From the NCBI GenBank assembly GCA_029261515.1, contig JAJDBE010000104.1:1-51457 (forward strand): a DNA stretch of 51,457 bases. Reading direction: 5' to 3'. The notes beneath the pieces are model-generated. The model saw nothing but the letters and a program-made list of their open reading frames with translations. It was not told the DNA's origin and did not search any database. The translations under genes and the position numbers were made by a program. Numbering within the stretch: the stretch's first letter is position 1; each line of letters begins with the position of its first letter. Origin of the DNA: Nitrospinaceae bacterium. GTDB lineage: Bacteria; Nitrospinota; Nitrospinia; Nitrospinales; VA-1. Positions 9,915 through 18,697 of this stretch are shown here, piece after piece.

Positions 9915-11018
9915 TCATTCAGTAACGCTGGAAATCACCTCTTCCCACTGTCCGACGATCTTATCCTTGCTGAACCGCTCCACCACTTCCGGCGCATTGG
10001 CGGCCAATCGTTTTAGTTCCTTCTCATCCCCCATCAACCGGTCCAAGCCATCAGCCAGAGCCGTGACATCTTCAGCCGGAATTAACAGACCGTCGATTTC
10101 ATGACGAATGATTTCCCTGGGACCGCCAGGGCAATCGAAACTCAATACGGGAAGACCGCAGGCCATAGCTTCACCCAGAGAATTGACGAACCCTTCGTAA
10201 TATGAAGACAGCACGAACAATTGCGCCTTCTTCAATAAAAGAAAGGGATCTTTTAAACTACCGGGCAGAACCACCCGGTTCTCTAGATTTAAATTTTTGC
10301 TGAGGCTCTCTAACTCTGGACGAAGACTGCCCTCTCCCAGAATAATCAATTGCCAGTCGGGGTACTTATCAGCAATCTTCTGATACGCGGACAATAAAAG
10401 GTCGTAGCCTTTTGCATAACTAAGCCGCCCCATCGCCATCAGCCATTTTTTTCCCGGGTCGATACCCTTTGGCAACTGCAATTCGTCTGAACTCAAACTC
10501 GGGGACATGACCGGGTTCGAAATGACACACCTTTTGTCCTGCGGCAGCCATTTCAGGTAATCATCCGCTGATTTCGTAACACTCACCACCTTTGCAGCCA
10601 GGGGATAGGTCCATCGCCGCAGTTTGTCCCAGATGCCGCCGTGTAAATGTTTACTGGGCTCGCTCCGCTCTGACACGATCACCGGCACTCCCAAACCAAT
10701 GGTTGAAACAAGCGTGTGAACATTGATCTCCTCTAAAAAGGAAATAACGACCTGCGGTTGACTTTCTTTAATGGCTTTGCGCAAAACCCATAGCCGTTTG
10801 AAATTAGCGAGAAATCGTTGCACCGCGAAACGGGCCCGCTTTTGAAGACTCAAAGGGGAGTATTTTACGGAAGGGTGAAGATCAAAAAATGAAGGGCCAT
10901 CGGCAAACGTCAGAATCGTTATATCCCAGCCTTTCTCAGCCCAGTGATTCGCCAGAATGGACAAAACCCGTTCCGCGCCGCCTACTTCCATGGATGAGAT
11001 TACGAATGTAATTTTCAT
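9915..11018 (-). CDS. Glycosyltransferase family 4 (group 1)
   Basis: MKITFVISSMEVGGAERV is the typical GT4 N-terminus. YYEGFVNSLGEAMACGLPVLSFDCPGGPREII...DGLL is the E-x7-E motif. The start was trimmed from the track (11057) to ATG 11018, which is preceded by GGGG. Confidence 0.88.
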   Translation of the reverse strand: MKITFVISSMEVGGAERVLSILANHWAEKGWDITILTFADGPSFFDLHPSVKYSPLSLQKRARFAVQRFLANFKRLWVLRKAIKESQPQVVISFLEEINVHTLVSTIGLGVPVIVSERSEPSKHLHGGIWDKLRRWTYPLAAKVVSVTKSADDYLKWLPQDKRCVISNPVMSPSLSSDELQLPKGIDPGKKWLMAMGRLSYAKGYDLLLSAYQKIADKYPDWQLIILGEGSLRPELESLSKNLNLENRVVLPGSLKDPFLLLKKAQLFVLSSYYEGFVNSLGEAMACGLPVLSFDCPGGPREIIRHEIDGLLIPAEDVTALADGLDRLMGDEKELKRLAANAPEVVERFSKDKIVGQWEEVISSVTE

Positions 11019-11162
11019 TTTTACCCCAAATATCCGTTTAAAACCAAAGAGTTCCACACAGGCAAAGGCATTTGCCTGCCTTTGGAGTTTCCGGTAATCT
11101 CATGTAGAATAAATTCAAAACCCTTTATTTTCCAGTAAACTTTGTCTTTTCAATCCGATTGT

Positions 11163-12539
11163 ATGACCGAATTGCAAAATAAATATTTTAACACTCTGCT
11201 GGAGCAGGCGGACAAAACCGGCACTCAACTGTTCCTGGTTGGCGGCACCGTGCGCGACCATATACTGGGAGCAGAATGTGCCGATGTTGACTTCACCGCA
11301 AAAAATGTGCGGGCCATTGCCCGCGAGTTCGCCAAGGAAACGCAATCAACCTGCGTTCCACTGGATAAAACTCCGGGCCGGGAAACGTTTCGCGTGGTTA
11401 TCGACAATAATTTCAACTTTGACTTTACCGAGATGCAGGGAAACTGCATCGAAGAAGATTTGAGCCAAAGGGATTTTACCATCAACGCCATGGCCGTCCC
11501 TCTCAAAGATTTCACCGCTGGCACCACAAATATCGTTGACCCGCATGATGGAAAATCAGACCTCAAGGACAAGATCGTTCGCGTCGTTCCCGGTCCTATT
11601 TTCACGGCGGACCCCTTGCGCATGCTCCGGGCCTTCCGCTTTGCAGCAACTTTGAAGTTTGCAATCGAGCCGGAAACTCTAAAAAAAATTGCAACAACAA
11701 GCGCTCGAATCAGTGAGACGGCTCCCGAACGTATCTATTACGAACTCATCTTGTTTTTAAACGCTCCTCGGGTATTTGATTTTCTAAACCAGATGGATCA
11801 AACGGGACTTCTCGAATGTATTCTTCCAGCAGTAGCAGCGCTCCGCCAAACTCCGGCAGGCCAAAGCAACGACTGGACTCTCTGTCTTGAGGCGTTTAAA
11901 ACTCTGGAAGATTATCTTTCATCCCCGGAGTCTCTCTCTTTAGTAAAAGAGGCCGAGGCCATTATTGCAGGAAGAAAGTCCGCCTTGCTCAAACTGTCCT
12001 GTCTTCTTCAAGGACTGGACACGCGTCCTCCGGAATCCAAGCCATCCACCCAAAGTGCTTCTGAGGAATCGAACACTGTTTCTTTGCTAAAAAGCTTGCG
12101 GGCCAGCAACGCCGATATCCATTTTGTCTTTCAGACGATTCAATGCCAAAAAGAAGCAATCACGACCAGACTCAACTTCGCGGAAGAACCGATCAACAAA
12201 TCCGGACTCTACCAGTTTGTAAAAAAATACGACGCAGAATTGATACCGGGACTGCTTCTGGCCTGTGTGGTGTCGGCTTCTCTGTCTGAAGACCAAGAAA
12301 CGGAAAATTTTTTGGAAGCAACCCGGCGGGTGAGTGATTTTTACTTTCACCGTTACCTGCCGTCCATGAAAAGTGACGCCCTTCTCAGTGGAAACGATCT
12401 GATCCGTCAATTCCAGCTTTCCCCTTCTCCTTTGTTTCGGGTAATATTGGACCGTGTGGAAGAAGGCCGTGTTCTGGGAACGATCACAACTCGAATAGAA
12501 GCCGAACAGGTGGCACGCAATATCATCAACGCTCAGTGA
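11163..12539 (+). CDS. cca: CCA-adding enzyme / poly(A) polymerase-family tRNA nucleotidyltransferase
   Basis: LFLVGGTVRDHILG...DVDF is the class-II nucleotidyltransferase head motif (GG-x-VRD, DxD). RDFTINA and DPLRMLRAFRF motifs are also present. ATG 11163 is preferred over the upstream TTG. Confidence 0.8.
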   Translation: MTELQNKYFNTLLEQADKTGTQLFLVGGTVRDHILGAECADVDFTAKNVRAIAREFAKETQSTCVPLDKTPGRETFRVVIDNNFNFDFTEMQGNCIEEDLSQRDFTINAMAVPLKDFTAGTTNIVDPHDGKSDLKDKIVRVVPGPIFTADPLRMLRAFRFAATLKFAIEPETLKKIATTSARISETAPERIYYELILFLNAPRVFDFLNQMDQTGLLECILPAVAALRQTPAGQSNDWTLCLEAFKTLEDYLSSPESLSLVKEAEAIIAGRKSALLKLSCLLQGLDTRPPESKPSTQSASEESNTVSLLKSLRASNADIHFVFQTIQCQKEAITTRLNFAEEPINKSGLYQFVKKYDAELIPGLLLACVVSASLSEDQETENFLEATRRVSDFYFHRYLPSMKSDALLSGNDLIRQFQLSPSPLFRVILDRVEEGRVLGTITTRIEAEQVARNIINAQ

Positions 12540-12554
12540 TCTGGAAATTACATC

Positions 12555-13211
12555 ATGTCGATTAAATACACCAACGCGGAATGGCAGGGTAAAAAAGTCA
12601 TCATCGGTGAAACCGATCTCGACCCGGCGCGCCCGGCCAATCTTCTGCTGGGATTTCATGGAGCCGAATCGACCCCGGAGAATATACTGGTGCATGGCAA
12701 CCGGTTGCGGTTGAAGAATGCTGTCATGGTTTACCCGGAGGGCCCTGTGGATGCAGGCGAAGGGCTTTGGAGCTGGTGGGAGGACGGGCCGCGTCAGAAA
12801 GAGGCGGTCATCCGGTTTTTACAATATACGGCGCAAACGATCGAACAAGCTCATAGACATCTTGCCGGCAATTTTCCCGATGCCCAGTTCCGCACCTGTC
12901 TGTGGGGATTTTCCCAGGGAGGCGCCGCGTCTCTGGTGTACACTTTATTCGGATCGCATCCCTTGCACAAAGTGGCTTCCGTTTGCGGGTTTCTGCCCGA
13001 AATACCTGAAGAAGCCGCGCAACAACCCACGGCTGTTGATATCCTTGGAATTTATGGGATGAATGATGACATCGTCCCTTCCTTTCTTGCCGACCACGCT
13101 CTTGATGAAATGAAAGCCAAAGGTCATAAACTCACCGCCAGGGAAACCCGGCAAGGCCATGAGGTCAATCAGGAAAACCTAAAAGACATATCTGACTTTT
13201 TCAATTCCTGA
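12555..13211 (+). CDS. Alpha/beta hydrolase (phospholipase/carboxylesterase-like)
   Basis: LWGFSQGG is the GxSxG nucleophile elbow. A late D (NDDIVP) and H (QGHEV) are consistent with a Ser-Asp-His triad. The protein is 218 aa. Confidence 0.78.
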   Translation: MSIKYTNAEWQGKKVIIGETDLDPARPANLLLGFHGAESTPENILVHGNRLRLKNAVMVYPEGPVDAGEGLWSWWEDGPRQKEAVIRFLQYTAQTIEQAHRHLAGNFPDAQFRTCLWGFSQGGAASLVYTLFGSHPLHKVASVCGFLPEIPEEAAQQPTAVDILGIYGMNDDIVPSFLADHALDEMKAKGHKLTARETRQGHEVNQENLKDISDFFNS

Positions 13212-13277
13212 TTTCACCTCGCCCATTTCTCGCATTGCTTTTGGCCGCTACCCTACCAAATAAAAGCAACTATTTTA

Positions 13278-13305
13278 TTGACACTGTAGAGGCTTCTGCT
13301 ATGAT
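13278..13305 (+). promoter_or_regulatory. Candidate sigma70 promoter (TTGACA-16 nt-TATGAT) driving riboswitch 1
   Basis: A consensus -35 ttgaca is at 13278-13283 and tatgat is at 13300-13305. It lies about 20 nt upstream of the riboswitch P1 stem. Confidence 0.5.
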
Positions 13306-13324
13306 CCATTCAAATTCAATTTGT

Positions 13325-13480
13325 GACCCTGTTCAAGTTTAAGGGAAGACGGTGCAAAACCGTCGCGGACCCGCCGCTGTAACCGGGAACGAACTCCGCA
13401 AATACCACTGCCTGATTTCCAGGTGGGAAGGTGCGGGAAGTAGGTCGATCCGGAAGCCAGAATACCTGACTGAACAGTCT
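13325..13480 (+). promoter_or_regulatory. Cobalamin (B12) riboswitch 1
   Basis: The conserved core is readable: AAGGGAAGACGGUGCAAAACCGUCGCGGACCCGCCGCUGUAACCGGG. A B12-box-like ACCACUGCC...GGUGGGAAGG and GAAGCCAGAAUACCUG are also present. The P1 stem pairs ctgttca (13329-13335) with tgaacag (13471-13477). This matches the RF00174-type consensus as I remember it. Confidence 0.9.
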
Positions 13481-13530
13481 TCGCAAACTCTTCGTGGACT
13501 TGAGGGGTGAAGGGTAAAGCAACCAAAAAC

Positions 13531-13556
13531 CCATTCCCTTAGAATGGTTTTTTTTT
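13531..13556 (+). terminator. Candidate attenuator terminator of riboswitch 1 (short hairpin plus U9)
   Basis: ccattc (13531-13536) pairs with gaatgg (13542-13547) across a 5-nt loop, followed by nine T (13548-13556). The stem is only 6 bp, so strength is uncertain. aaggg (13510-13514) could pair with ccctt (13536-13540) as an alternative structure. Confidence 0.5.
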
Positions 13557-13588
13557 GCCCTTTTTCCCACTGGAACGAGGCATTTCCG

Positions 13589-14617
13589 GTGGCAGAATCA
13601 ATCACATTTTCCGATCAGGGTGTCACCCGACCTGGGCCACTTGCGTTCGATAAACAGCCGCTTGCGACTCGACGCACACGCTCTGTCCGCAGCGTATGCC
13701 CCCTCCTTTTCCGCATTACCTGTCTTATCGTTCTGACGCTTGTTCTTTTTCAACCTGCCAGCGGTTGGTCTGAAGAAAACCCATCGTCTTCCCCACAAAG
13801 AATCGTCTCCATGTCTCCCGGCATCACCGAAATCCTGTTTGCCCTGGGCGTGGGCGACCGGGTAGTGGGAGTCACGGATTTCTGCAACTACCCTGAAGCC
13901 ACAAAATCAATCGCCAAAATCGGCGGCTTATTAAACCCAAGTTATGAAACGCTGATTACTCTCAAGCCCGATCTCATCGTCCATCAACCCGACAGCCACA
14001 AGGTGGATAATTTCGTGGAAAAACTCGGCATTCGGGGATTGCCAGTATCCATGCTCTCACTGGAGCAGATATTCGATACGATACAAACGATCGGCGCCGC
14101 CACAGGCAGTGACAAAAAAGCCGGGGAATTGATCCGGCAAATGAAGGATGAAATCCAGTCCTACCGCACCCGGCTGGCAGGGATTTCGACAAAATCCGTT
14201 CTGCTTGTACTGGGAATCAGCAACCATTCCATGCGTGACATTTACGGCGTCGGACCCAATACCTATCTGGACGAACTCCTGACCATCGCCGGAGGAGAGA
14301 ATCTGCTGGCGGACTCTCATTCGTCCTATCCGAAAATTTCCAAGGAATTCATCATTCACAAATCGCCGGAAGTCATCATCGAAGTCGGACCCACAAGAAT
14401 TTTGACCAGTGAGGCCAACATAAGCCGGAAAGCCGGCTGGAAAAAGTTTTCCACCATTCGCGCGGTAAAAAATAATGCCATCCATTTTGTCGCCAGCGAT
14501 TACGTCCTCATCCCTGGCCCGCGTCTCATCAATATCATCGCAGACTTTGCCAAAGCCATTCATCCCGGAGTTTTCCAGAACGTCGCGCCTTCAACAAGCG
14601 GGAGTACTTCCAAATGA
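13589..14617 (+). CDS. btuF: Periplasmic corrinoid-binding protein of an ABC importer (BtuF-like)
   Basis: RIVSMSPGITEILFALGVGDRVVGVTDFCNYPEA...LKPDLIV is typical of BtuF/FhuD-type class III binding proteins. The track start ATG 13544 sits inside the terminator hairpin and U-tract. I prefer GTG 13589, which has GAGG 8 nt upstream. A hydrophobic signal-like segment (LLFRITCLIVLTLVLF) is present. Confidence 0.82.
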   Translation: MAESITFSDQGVTRPGPLAFDKQPLATRRTRSVRSVCPLLFRITCLIVLTLVLFQPASGWSEENPSSSPQRIVSMSPGITEILFALGVGDRVVGVTDFCNYPEATKSIAKIGGLLNPSYETLITLKPDLIVHQPDSHKVDNFVEKLGIRGLPVSMLSLEQIFDTIQTIGAATGSDKKAGELIRQMKDEIQSYRTRLAGISTKSVLLVLGISNHSMRDIYGVGPNTYLDELLTIAGGENLLADSHSSYPKISKEFIIHKSPEVIIEVGPTRILTSEANISRKAGWKKFSTIRAVKNNAIHFVASDYVLIPGPRLINIIADFAKAIHPGVFQNVAPSTSGSTSK

Positions 14618-15396
14618 GTGCACCCATTTTACAACTCCAGGACGTTTCATTCGCTTACCAAAAGGACCCTGTTGTCAAACAAGTTTCTCTCAATATTCAT
14701 CCTGGCGAGTTTGTCGGCATTCTGGGGCCGAACGGGTCCGGCAAATCCACTCTGTTGAAATTAATGGGAGGTCTTCTAAAAAACGATTTGGGAAGTGTGC
14801 TCTTTAAGGAAACAGAGCTTGCTCAATATTCGAGAAAGCGTTTGGCCCAATCCATCGCCTGGATACCACAGGAACATCCCATGGTCTTTCCGTTTCGGGT
14901 TGCGGAAATCGTCCTCATGGGGCGTCATCCCTACCTCTCGCCATTGACGTTCGAAACGGAAAAGGATTTCGACATCGCGGGCCGGGCCATGGAAATCACC
15001 GACACCACGCATTTGTCCGGGCGCTCCTTCAATGAAGTCAGCGGCGGCGAAAAACAGCGCGTGGTCATCGCCAGCGCTCTGGCTCAGGAGCCGGAAATCA
15101 TGCTTCTCGACGAACCGACGTCGGCGCTGGACATCAAATACCAATTGGAAGTTCTGAATATTCTAAAACGCCTGAATCAAGAAAATGGCATGACGCTACT
15201 GCTGGCCATGCACGACCTGCACCTAGCCTCTAAATTCTGCCAACGCCTGATTCTCATCAACCAGGGACAAATTGTTAAAGACGGAACTCCGGAAGAGGTT
15301 TTGCAAAAAGAAGTACTCGAAAAAGTGTACGACGTTCGCATCAAACTGTTTCGCGATCATGAAGACGGTAGCGTCATGATCTCCCCGGAGTCGTGA
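14614..15396 (+). CDS. btuD: ABC transporter ATP-binding protein (BtuD/FepC-like)
   Basis: Walker A is GPNGSGKST, the signature is SGGEKQRV, and Walker B is LLDEPTSALD. The start overlaps the btuF stop as ATGA. Confidence 0.9.
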   Translation: MSAPILQLQDVSFAYQKDPVVKQVSLNIHPGEFVGILGPNGSGKSTLLKLMGGLLKNDLGSVLFKETELAQYSRKRLAQSIAWIPQEHPMVFPFRVAEIVLMGRHPYLSPLTFETEKDFDIAGRAMEITDTTHLSGRSFNEVSGGEKQRVVIASALAQEPEIMLLDEPTSALDIKYQLEVLNILKRLNQENGMTLLLAMHDLHLASKFCQRLILINQGQIVKDGTPEEVLQKEVLEKVYDVRIKLFRDHEDGSVMISPES

Positions 15397-16433
15397 TGCA
15401 CACGTTGAGTTTACCCATGATGAACCGCAGACGTTATCTATCGACCATCGGATGGTTCGGGCTGTTTTTTCTCGTGACGCTGGTCGCCGCTCCATTGATC
15501 GGTTTCACCCACATTGACCTTGGCAAAGCCCTGTCCAGCGAAATCGAATTTTCTGAGAACGTGGATGCCATGATCCTGTTCCTGGCGCGTCTGCCAAGAG
15601 TTCTATTGGCGGCCATCACCGGCGCGTCTTTAGCTGTTGCGGGTGCCGTGTTTCAAGCCATTTTGCGGAACGACCTCGCCGCTCCGATCACTCTTGGCGT
15701 TTCCAGCGGTGCGGCCTTCGGCGCGGTGCTGGCCATCAGCATGGGATTGTCCTTCACCGTTCTGGGGTTTTCCAGCATTCCGGTCGCGGCTTTTTTAGGA
15801 GCATTGGGAGCCATTACTCTCGTCTTCAGTCTGGTGAGAACCCGGCAAGGGGAATTGCCAACGTCAATGGTTCTTCTTGCAGGTGTGACGGTTAACTTCT
15901 TTTTCGCCGCAATGGTCATGTTCATTCATTATCTTTCAGATGTCACGCAATCGTTCCGCATCGTCCGCTGGCTGATGGGGGGACTCGACATCACCGATTA
16001 TCAGACCGTATTGTCAATTTGTCCCCCTGTTGTAATAGGAATGGGCATTCTGGCCTACATCGCCCGCGACCTGAACCTCATCAGCACCGGTTCGCAATCG
16101 GCTTTAAGCCGTGGCGTGGACGTGCCCAAAATACAAAAGCTGGGACTGGTCAGTGCTTCATTGATTACTGGAGCGGTCGTCGCTGTTTGCGGCCCCATCG
16201 GTTTTGTTGGCTTGATGGTCCCGCACATGGTGCGTCTACTCATCGGGCCGGATCAACGTTTGCTGATTCCCGCGTCGATGCTGTTCGGCGCCAGCTTCTT
16301 AATCATCTGTGATACCGTCGCCCGGACCGTCATTGCCCCGACGGAAATTCCTGTGGGCGTCATCACCGCTTTGATCGGCGGACCGTTTTTCGTGTGGCTG
16401 CTCAAAAAACAACATTGGATGTTCGGCAAATGA
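15393..16433 (+). CDS. btuC: FecCD-family ABC permease (BtuC-like)
   Basis: About 10 TM segments are visible. RLPRVLLAAITGASLAVAGAVFQAILRN and the C-terminal IPVGVITALIGGPFFVWLL are FecCD/BtuC hallmarks. It overlaps the ATPase gene by 4 nt. Confidence 0.9.
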   Translation: MMHTLSLPMMNRRRYLSTIGWFGLFFLVTLVAAPLIGFTHIDLGKALSSEIEFSENVDAMILFLARLPRVLLAAITGASLAVAGAVFQAILRNDLAAPITLGVSSGAAFGAVLAISMGLSFTVLGFSSIPVAAFLGALGAITLVFSLVRTRQGELPTSMVLLAGVTVNFFFAAMVMFIHYLSDVTQSFRIVRWLMGGLDITDYQTVLSICPPVVIGMGILAYIARDLNLISTGSQSALSRGVDVPKIQKLGLVSASLITGAVVAVCGPIGFVGLMVPHMVRLLIGPDQRLLIPASMLFGASFLIICDTVARTVIAPTEIPVGVITALIGGPFFVWLLKKQHWMFGK

Positions 16434-17941
16434 CTGCAAAAACTTTAATGATCCAGGGCACAGGTTCCGGCGTCGGCAAAAGCATCATCACTGCCGCGTT
16501 GTGCCGGTATTTTTACCGGGAAGGATGGCGCGTGGCTCCTTTCAAGGCGCAAAACATGTCGCTCAACTCCTTCGTCACCGAAGACGGAGGCGAATTGGGC
16601 CGCGCCCAGGCTTATCAGGCGGAAGCCTGTGGCATCAAACCGCATGTGGCTATGAACCCCATCCTGCTGAAACCCAGCGGCGACAACCTGTCGCAGGTCA
16701 TCGTCATGGGAAAAGTGACGGAAAACCGCGATGCCAAAAACTATTATGCCCAGCACAACAAGCACAAGGAAGAAGTTCGCAATGCCTTCGGTCAATTGAG
16801 CCGCGACTATGATCTCATCATCATGGAAGGCGCCGGCAGTCCCGCTGAAATCAATCTCAAGCAATACGATCTGGTCAACATGCCAATGGCAAAGATGGCG
16901 AAAGCGCCGGTCCTCATCGTCGGTGACATTGACCGCGGCGGGGTGTTCGCCTGGATGAAGGGAACATTCGATCTCTTGACTGAAGAGGAAAAAGATCGCG
17001 TGGCCGGGTTCATCATCAACAAATTCCGTGGCGACATCAATCTGCTCAAACCCGGACTGGAGCAATTTGAGGAAATGGTCGGCAAACCCATTCTCGGAGT
17101 CATTCCCTACTCCCGCGACTTGTTTGTGGATGAGGAAGACGCGATCCCGGCGGCCAACCATCCAGCCATGCAGAATGAAACCGCTCCGCTCGATGCCGCC
17201 GTTATCTGGTATCCCCGGATTTCCAATTTCACCGATGTGTCCCCTCTAGCCGCCGACCCCTCGGTCAATTTGCGTTATGTTTCGCATTCGGCGCAACTGG
17301 GGAATCCCGATCTCATCGTCCTTCCGGGAAGCAAGAATACGATTGACGATCTGACGTTTTTAAATAACAACGGTTTGGCAAAAACCATCAGCAACCGGTT
17401 TCACTCAGGCTGTGTCCTGCTTGGCATTTGTGGAGGATTCCAGATTCTGGGGAAAACAGTACGCGATCCGAACCATGTCGAAAGCAGGCTTACTGAAGCG
17501 GATGGTTTTAACTTATTCGATTTTGAAACAACTTTAACACCGCATAAAAATACTTGCCAGGTCCGGCAAACAACCGTAGCCAGTGTTATTTTTAAGGAAG
17601 GGTTGACCGTCGAAGGCTATGAAATTCATATGGGGGACACCCGGTTCAAGACAGAATATCCTGCACTATTCGCCAATTCAAACGGAGACCACTCTCTCCA
17701 TACGGGAATCACCAATCAAGACGGCACATTGGTGGGAACCTACCTCCACGGTTTTCTCGACAGTGATGAATTAAGAAACGGTTTCCTCAAACATGTGCGT
17801 TCTTTGCGGGGTTTACCTTTTTCTGAGAAAACATTCAGCTATCGGGAATTTCGACAGGAACAATTCAACCGCTTGGCGAAACTGGTGAGCGATTCTTTAA
17901 ATATAAAACAAATCGAAGAAATCATCCATGGCACATGGTGA
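16430..17941 (+). CDS. cobQ: Cobyric acid synthase
   Basis: LMIQGTGSGVGKSIITAALCRYF...FKAQNMSLNS is the CobQ/CbiP N-terminus. A C-terminal GATase domain carries GICGGFQ and YLHG. ATG 16430 overlaps the btuC stop as ATGA, so I prefer it over the track start 16394. Confidence 0.95.
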   Translation: MTAKTLMIQGTGSGVGKSIITAALCRYFYREGWRVAPFKAQNMSLNSFVTEDGGELGRAQAYQAEACGIKPHVAMNPILLKPSGDNLSQVIVMGKVTENRDAKNYYAQHNKHKEEVRNAFGQLSRDYDLIIMEGAGSPAEINLKQYDLVNMPMAKMAKAPVLIVGDIDRGGVFAWMKGTFDLLTEEEKDRVAGFIINKFRGDINLLKPGLEQFEEMVGKPILGVIPYSRDLFVDEEDAIPAANHPAMQNETAPLDAAVIWYPRISNFTDVSPLAADPSVNLRYVSHSAQLGNPDLIVLPGSKNTIDDLTFLNNNGLAKTISNRFHSGCVLLGICGGFQILGKTVRDPNHVESRLTEADGFNLFDFETTLTPHKNTCQVRQTTVASVIFKEGLTVEGYEIHMGDTRFKTEYPALFANSNGDHSLHTGITNQDGTLVGTYLHGFLDSDELRNGFLKHVRSLRGLPFSEKTFSYREFRQEQFNRLAKLVSDSLNIKQIEEIIHGTW

Positions 17942-18669
17942 ACTTTTTTTCAGCTCTGGGATTTCTGACCATCATTCCCATGCCCAAAAAGGCATTCAGG
18001 CAAGATGGCCGTCAGATATTGTATTTTCCGCTAGTCGGGTTGTTGATCGGAGCGTTGCTATTCTGCGTCGATCAAGTATGCGCCGCATTCACCTTTACCG
18101 AAGTTCGGGTGGTCATCGACACCCTATTTCTCGCCGCCATTTCGGGAGCGCTGCATCTCGACGGATTAGCGGACACCGCCGACGGTTTGTTCTCGCACCG
18201 GAGCAAAGAGCGGAAACTGGAAATCATGAAAGACCCGCGAATAGGGGTCATGGGGACCCTGGTCGTATTTTTTGTTCTGGCGCTCAAAATGGCGGGACTC
18301 GCGGGATTGAAAAATTCGGGATACGAAATCTGGCTGTTCATCGCTCCGGCGTTGGCGCGCGGCAGCCAGGTTATCGGGCTCGTCTTTATGGATTACGCAC
18401 GCAACGACGATGGCAAGTCGCACCTGTTTTTTCAAAAAGGCAATTACCGGCTATTGGCCTTCATCCTGATCCCCATTGCCCTGCCCTTTTGGCTGTCGCT
18501 GGCAACGGGATTCATTGTTCTGGTCTTATTCTTGACGATGAACGTTTTGCTTCTCTGGTTTTTTCAGAAGCAAATCGGCGGCATCACGGGAGATACATTA
18601 GGGGCGGCAACAGAAATCAATGAAGCGTTGTTCCTTGTGACCGCAGGGATTTTATTTTTTAACTCATGA
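17935..18669 (+). CDS. cobS: Adenosylcobinamide-GDP ribazoletransferase (cobalamin synthase)
   Basis: ALGFLTIIP...LVGLLIG...GALHLDGLADTADG are CobS signature motifs in a multi-TM protein. It overlaps cobQ by 7 nt. Confidence 0.93.
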   Translation: MVNFFSALGFLTIIPMPKKAFRQDGRQILYFPLVGLLIGALLFCVDQVCAAFTFTEVRVVIDTLFLAAISGALHLDGLADTADGLFSHRSKERKLEIMKDPRIGVMGTLVVFFVLALKMAGLAGLKNSGYEIWLFIAPALARGSQVIGLVFMDYARNDDGKSHLFFQKGNYRLLAFILIPIALPFWLSLATGFIVLVLFLTMNVLLLWFFQKQIGGITGDTLGAATEINEALFLVTAGILFFNS

Positions 18670-18697
18670 TTTTAAGCATTTTAAAAAGAGTTGAGCC

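Noticed and set aside
11063-11084. 8-bp hairpin caaaggca-tttgcc-tgcctttg in the divergent GT4/cca spacer.
   Set aside because: The structure is real, but there is no flanking U-tract and no recognisable operator symmetry beyond the stem. This is too little to assign a function.
13544-13588. ATG 13544 as the start of the btuF-like gene.
   Set aside because: The ATG is part of the terminator stem (gaatgg) and is followed by the U9 tract. There is no SD. GTG 13589 has GAGG at the right distance. The extra 15 aa (MVFFCPFSHWNEAFP) look like translated poly-T.
13299-13605. Three overlapping minus-strand track ORFs (75-88 aa) across the btuF leader.
   Set aside because: They lie exactly over the cobalamin riboswitch and its terminator. 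The sequence conservation here is explained by RNA structure, not by coding.
17928-18623. 231-aa plus-strand ORF overlapping cobS in another frame.
   Set aside because: Its composition is Arg/Gly/Ser-rich, typical of an off-frame reading. The cobS frame carries all of the CobS signature motifs.
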